Positions 62,668-64,000 of a stretch of DNA of 64,000 nt are shown here, in pieces. Under the pieces are notes generated by a model. It had not been told where the DNA came from. It did not search any database and saw nothing but the letters and a program-made list of their open reading frames with translations. Where the stretch lies: positions 1-64,000 of the forward strand of contig NMRA01000459.1 of assembly GCA_002633005.1 (NCBI GenBank), given 5' to 3'. Each line of letters starts with the position of its first letter. The stretch's first letter is position 1. The stretch is from Phoronis australis (lineage: Eukaryota > Animalia > Phoronida). The translations under genes were made by a program, and so were the position numbers.

Positions 62668-63471
62668 GGGGGGGGGGGGCTCAGATCCAATTTCAACTGT
62701 CATATTCGGAACACGGCGCAATCGTAACGGAACTATGGCTAAGTATAGACTCTCTCGCGATATCTCAGGCGACCGGCAGTGGCGCTGGGCACTACGACTC
62801 CGTTTCCGTCGTCTGCTCCACTGTGCAATGAAGAAAATTACTTCATTTTTTAAAGAAAATGGAATCTTTGTGATGATGAAAAAAAGAAGCTGCTGGTAAG
62901 ATGTCAATTTTAATCGAAGCCTTAGTCAATCACTCAGAAACTCTAATTCTCTCTTTGTCAAACCTTAACTTAAGACGATTTCCAAAGCAATCGCGTCACT
63001 GTTGCCAACACAAAAAACGGATTTGGACTTTTGGGCAATTGAAGACTATTTCAAATACAACAAATTTGTAACGAACTGAGTGCACAAAATATAAAACATG
63101 TAATAAGCATTACAAAAAAGGTTTCGCGTACAAACGCTGTGGACCATAAACAAATAGGTCTCTTAGCATCAAAGTAGGAGTTAAATCGTGGAGGTGCAGT
63201 GGTAAAGCACATGCGCTCTATCCGCCAGGTCGTGAGGTCGAGTCTGTGGCGCTTGCAGTTTTTCCTGTTTGACACTTCCTCCGATTTTTTTTGCCTTTTT
63301 TCTTGATAATACTTCGGGAATCAAGGAAAATGCCTGATTTTTAGAAGAAAAAACAAACCCCCCTCCCGATCTCCCCCCATTCGGTGCTATGCGCATCTAC
63401 AATCGTGCTTTGAACAAATGTTTACAGACAGAGTGTTGGGCCCCCCTTGTGATATCCTAGATCCGCCACTG
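62668..63471 (-). mobile_element. Longer copy of the CAGTGGCGGATCTAG hAT-like element; one end lies in the gap
   Basis: Ends CTAGATCCGCCACTG at 63471; homologous to 20615-21000; the plus strand carries MKKITSFF, a motif common at hAT transposase N-termini. Confidence 0.7.
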
Positions 63472-63639
63472 ACTAGGGGGAGACACAGTAGTCGGACCCG
63501 TCCCAAGGTCAACGTCAGTCGTCACCTTCTCATTAGCAAAACAGCTGTAAATTTTTATAATGATCCTCTGAGAGCGGTATGGCAGATAGAGTGGCGTACG
63601 CCAGAAAACGGACGCAAAAATAACAAAAATGTCCACAAG

Positions 63640-63906
63640 GTGACGTAAAATTCATCGCCTCGGCATGAAAAAAGCTATTTGCCGCAGGAGCTCCGATTAT
63701 TCAGAGAAAAACGAAAACAGTTAAAATTGCCAATAGCGGACACATCTGTATTTGGGTGGATCCGAAACTCGTCGTCATCTGTCTTCAACTAGATAGGAAC
63801 ACACCTGCCAAATTTCAATAAGATCCTGCAAGGGGTTTAGCCGCGGACACCCGGACAGAGATTACGGCAATATGCACCCACGTATAAATATGTGGGCGAA
63901 CAAAAA
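63640..63906. mobile_element. Possible HINE/DINE-1-like (Helentron) end
   Basis: CCAAATTTCA...GGACAC/GGACAG repeats, a short hairpin CCCAC...GTGGG, then an A run; a similar architecture occurs at about 10400-10630. Confidence 0.35.
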
Positions 63907-64000
63907 GGTTACTAGTTAGGTTGTAAATACATTTTCCTTGAACACGGCGGCTTTCTATAGCATTGTGGCCGACTGAGAAATCTGCCGTGCAATTCGAGGC

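Noticed and set aside
62033-62907. Long ORFs of 288, 217 and 115 aa
   Set aside because: Artefacts of reading through the 305-N gap.

Overview
Eukaryotic, AT-rich, repeat-dense genomic DNA from an animal, most likely a marine invertebrate; the taxon is inferred only from the gene and repeat types. There is no prokaryotic operon or CRISPR array. Two host genes are supported. (1) The 5' part of DSTYK on the minus strand: exon 1 about 17008-17143, a 13.4-kb intron, exon 2 at 3114-3628, with the rest of the gene beyond the left edge. (2) An intact single-coding-exon class A GPCR of the FMRFamide/sex-peptide-receptor-like group on the plus strand (57662-58864). The rest is decayed mobile DNA: L1/Tx1, CR1/L2, RTE-BovB and RTE-X LINE fragments, two TTAA-flanked Kolobok derivatives, a deleted Tc1/mariner element, hAT-like MITEs (some with 5-bp TSDs), Harbinger-like MITEs, a probable Crypton remnant, foldback elements and minisatellites. 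The most striking unexplained signal is the octamer TACATGTA, found 21 times by hand count. At three sites it appears as a 6-bp insertion at a TA, as expected for Tc1/mariner excision scars. It is absent from the CpG-depleted DSTYK gene body. Family calls rest on motif recognition by eye; no database searches were run.
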